A stretch of 64,000 nt of DNA from Lama guanicoe (Eukaryota): the NCBI GenBank assembly GCA_013239625.1, contig MU057356.1, positions 20,466,980 to 20,530,979 of the forward strand, written 5' to 3'. The notes below the pieces were generated by a model, which was not told the DNA's origin, ran no database searches, and saw nothing but the letters and a program-made list of their open reading frames with translations. A program made the position numbers and the translations under genes. Positions 63,750 through 64,000 of this stretch are shown in pieces. How positions within the stretch are numbered: position 1 is the stretch's first letter; each line of letters starts with the position of its first letter.

Positions 63750-64000
63750 GTGGACTCATCTTACCCGGAGAGATACCACCATAACTCCCTCTACACTGAC
63801 ACCCAAGCATTTCTTCAACAAAGTTTCCCTAACTCTTCAGGAAATTGTTTCAGTCTTTTTTTCCCATGTACTTCTTACACATTATTTATTTCGTTTATTC
63901 CTGGGTGTTTCAGAGTTTTATAAATGTCATCATTTTTTTTTTCTCATGACATTCTCTCAGTTGCTTATTAATGGGGTATAGTATGTGGCCAACTTGCTGA
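63750..64000 (-). mobile_element. Old L1M fragment running off the window end
   Basis: gtttattcctgggtgttt…ttgcttattaatggggtatag resembles antisense L1 ORF2. Confidence 0.4.

Noticed and set aside
1-64000. Numerous 60-180 aa ORFs in the ORF track (e.g. 7623-8078, 18935-19429, 37653-38192, 47595-48098)
   Set aside because: No recognisable domains, many non-ATG starts, heavy overlap in all frames and with repeats. This is the expected background for mammalian non-coding DNA.
1-64000. CRISPR arrays, tRNA/rRNA/snRNA genes, host gene identity
   Set aside because: No repeat-spacer periodicity or RNA gene signature was seen. No exon could be tied to a known gene, so no symbol is given.

Overview
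Mammalian non-coding genomic DNA (intergenic or deep intronic). No credible intact protein-coding gene, RNA gene or prokaryotic system was found. The L1 3' UTRs are of the cetartiodactyl type and I saw no Alu, B1, Bov-tA/BovB or PRE-1, so a camelid genome is my best guess (inference). The window is a mosaic of ancient eutherian repeats (MIR, L2, MLT1, MER5A/20/33/112, a Tigger-type MITE, old L1M), two ERV1-type solo LTRs and five lineage-specific 5'-truncated L1 copies, separated by unique AT-rich, motif-dense blocks that look like enhancers. Repeat family names are recalled from consensus sequences, not from a search. The best observations come from the insertion junctions: (i) a ~320 bp polyadenylated, largely non-TE insert with a 16 bp TSD inside an MLT1 LTR (retrocopy or orphan transduction); (ii) three L1 copies that each carry a different 12-19 nt tag between two A tracts (short 3' transductions); (iii) a fold-back at an L1 5' junction; (iv) N runs whose lengths match the missing sequence almost exactly, so they are masks rather than estimated gaps; (v) a GC-box/CRE/NRF1 promoter-like patch and several + strand exon-like splice-signal pairs. 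I found no convincing evidence of a new biological system.
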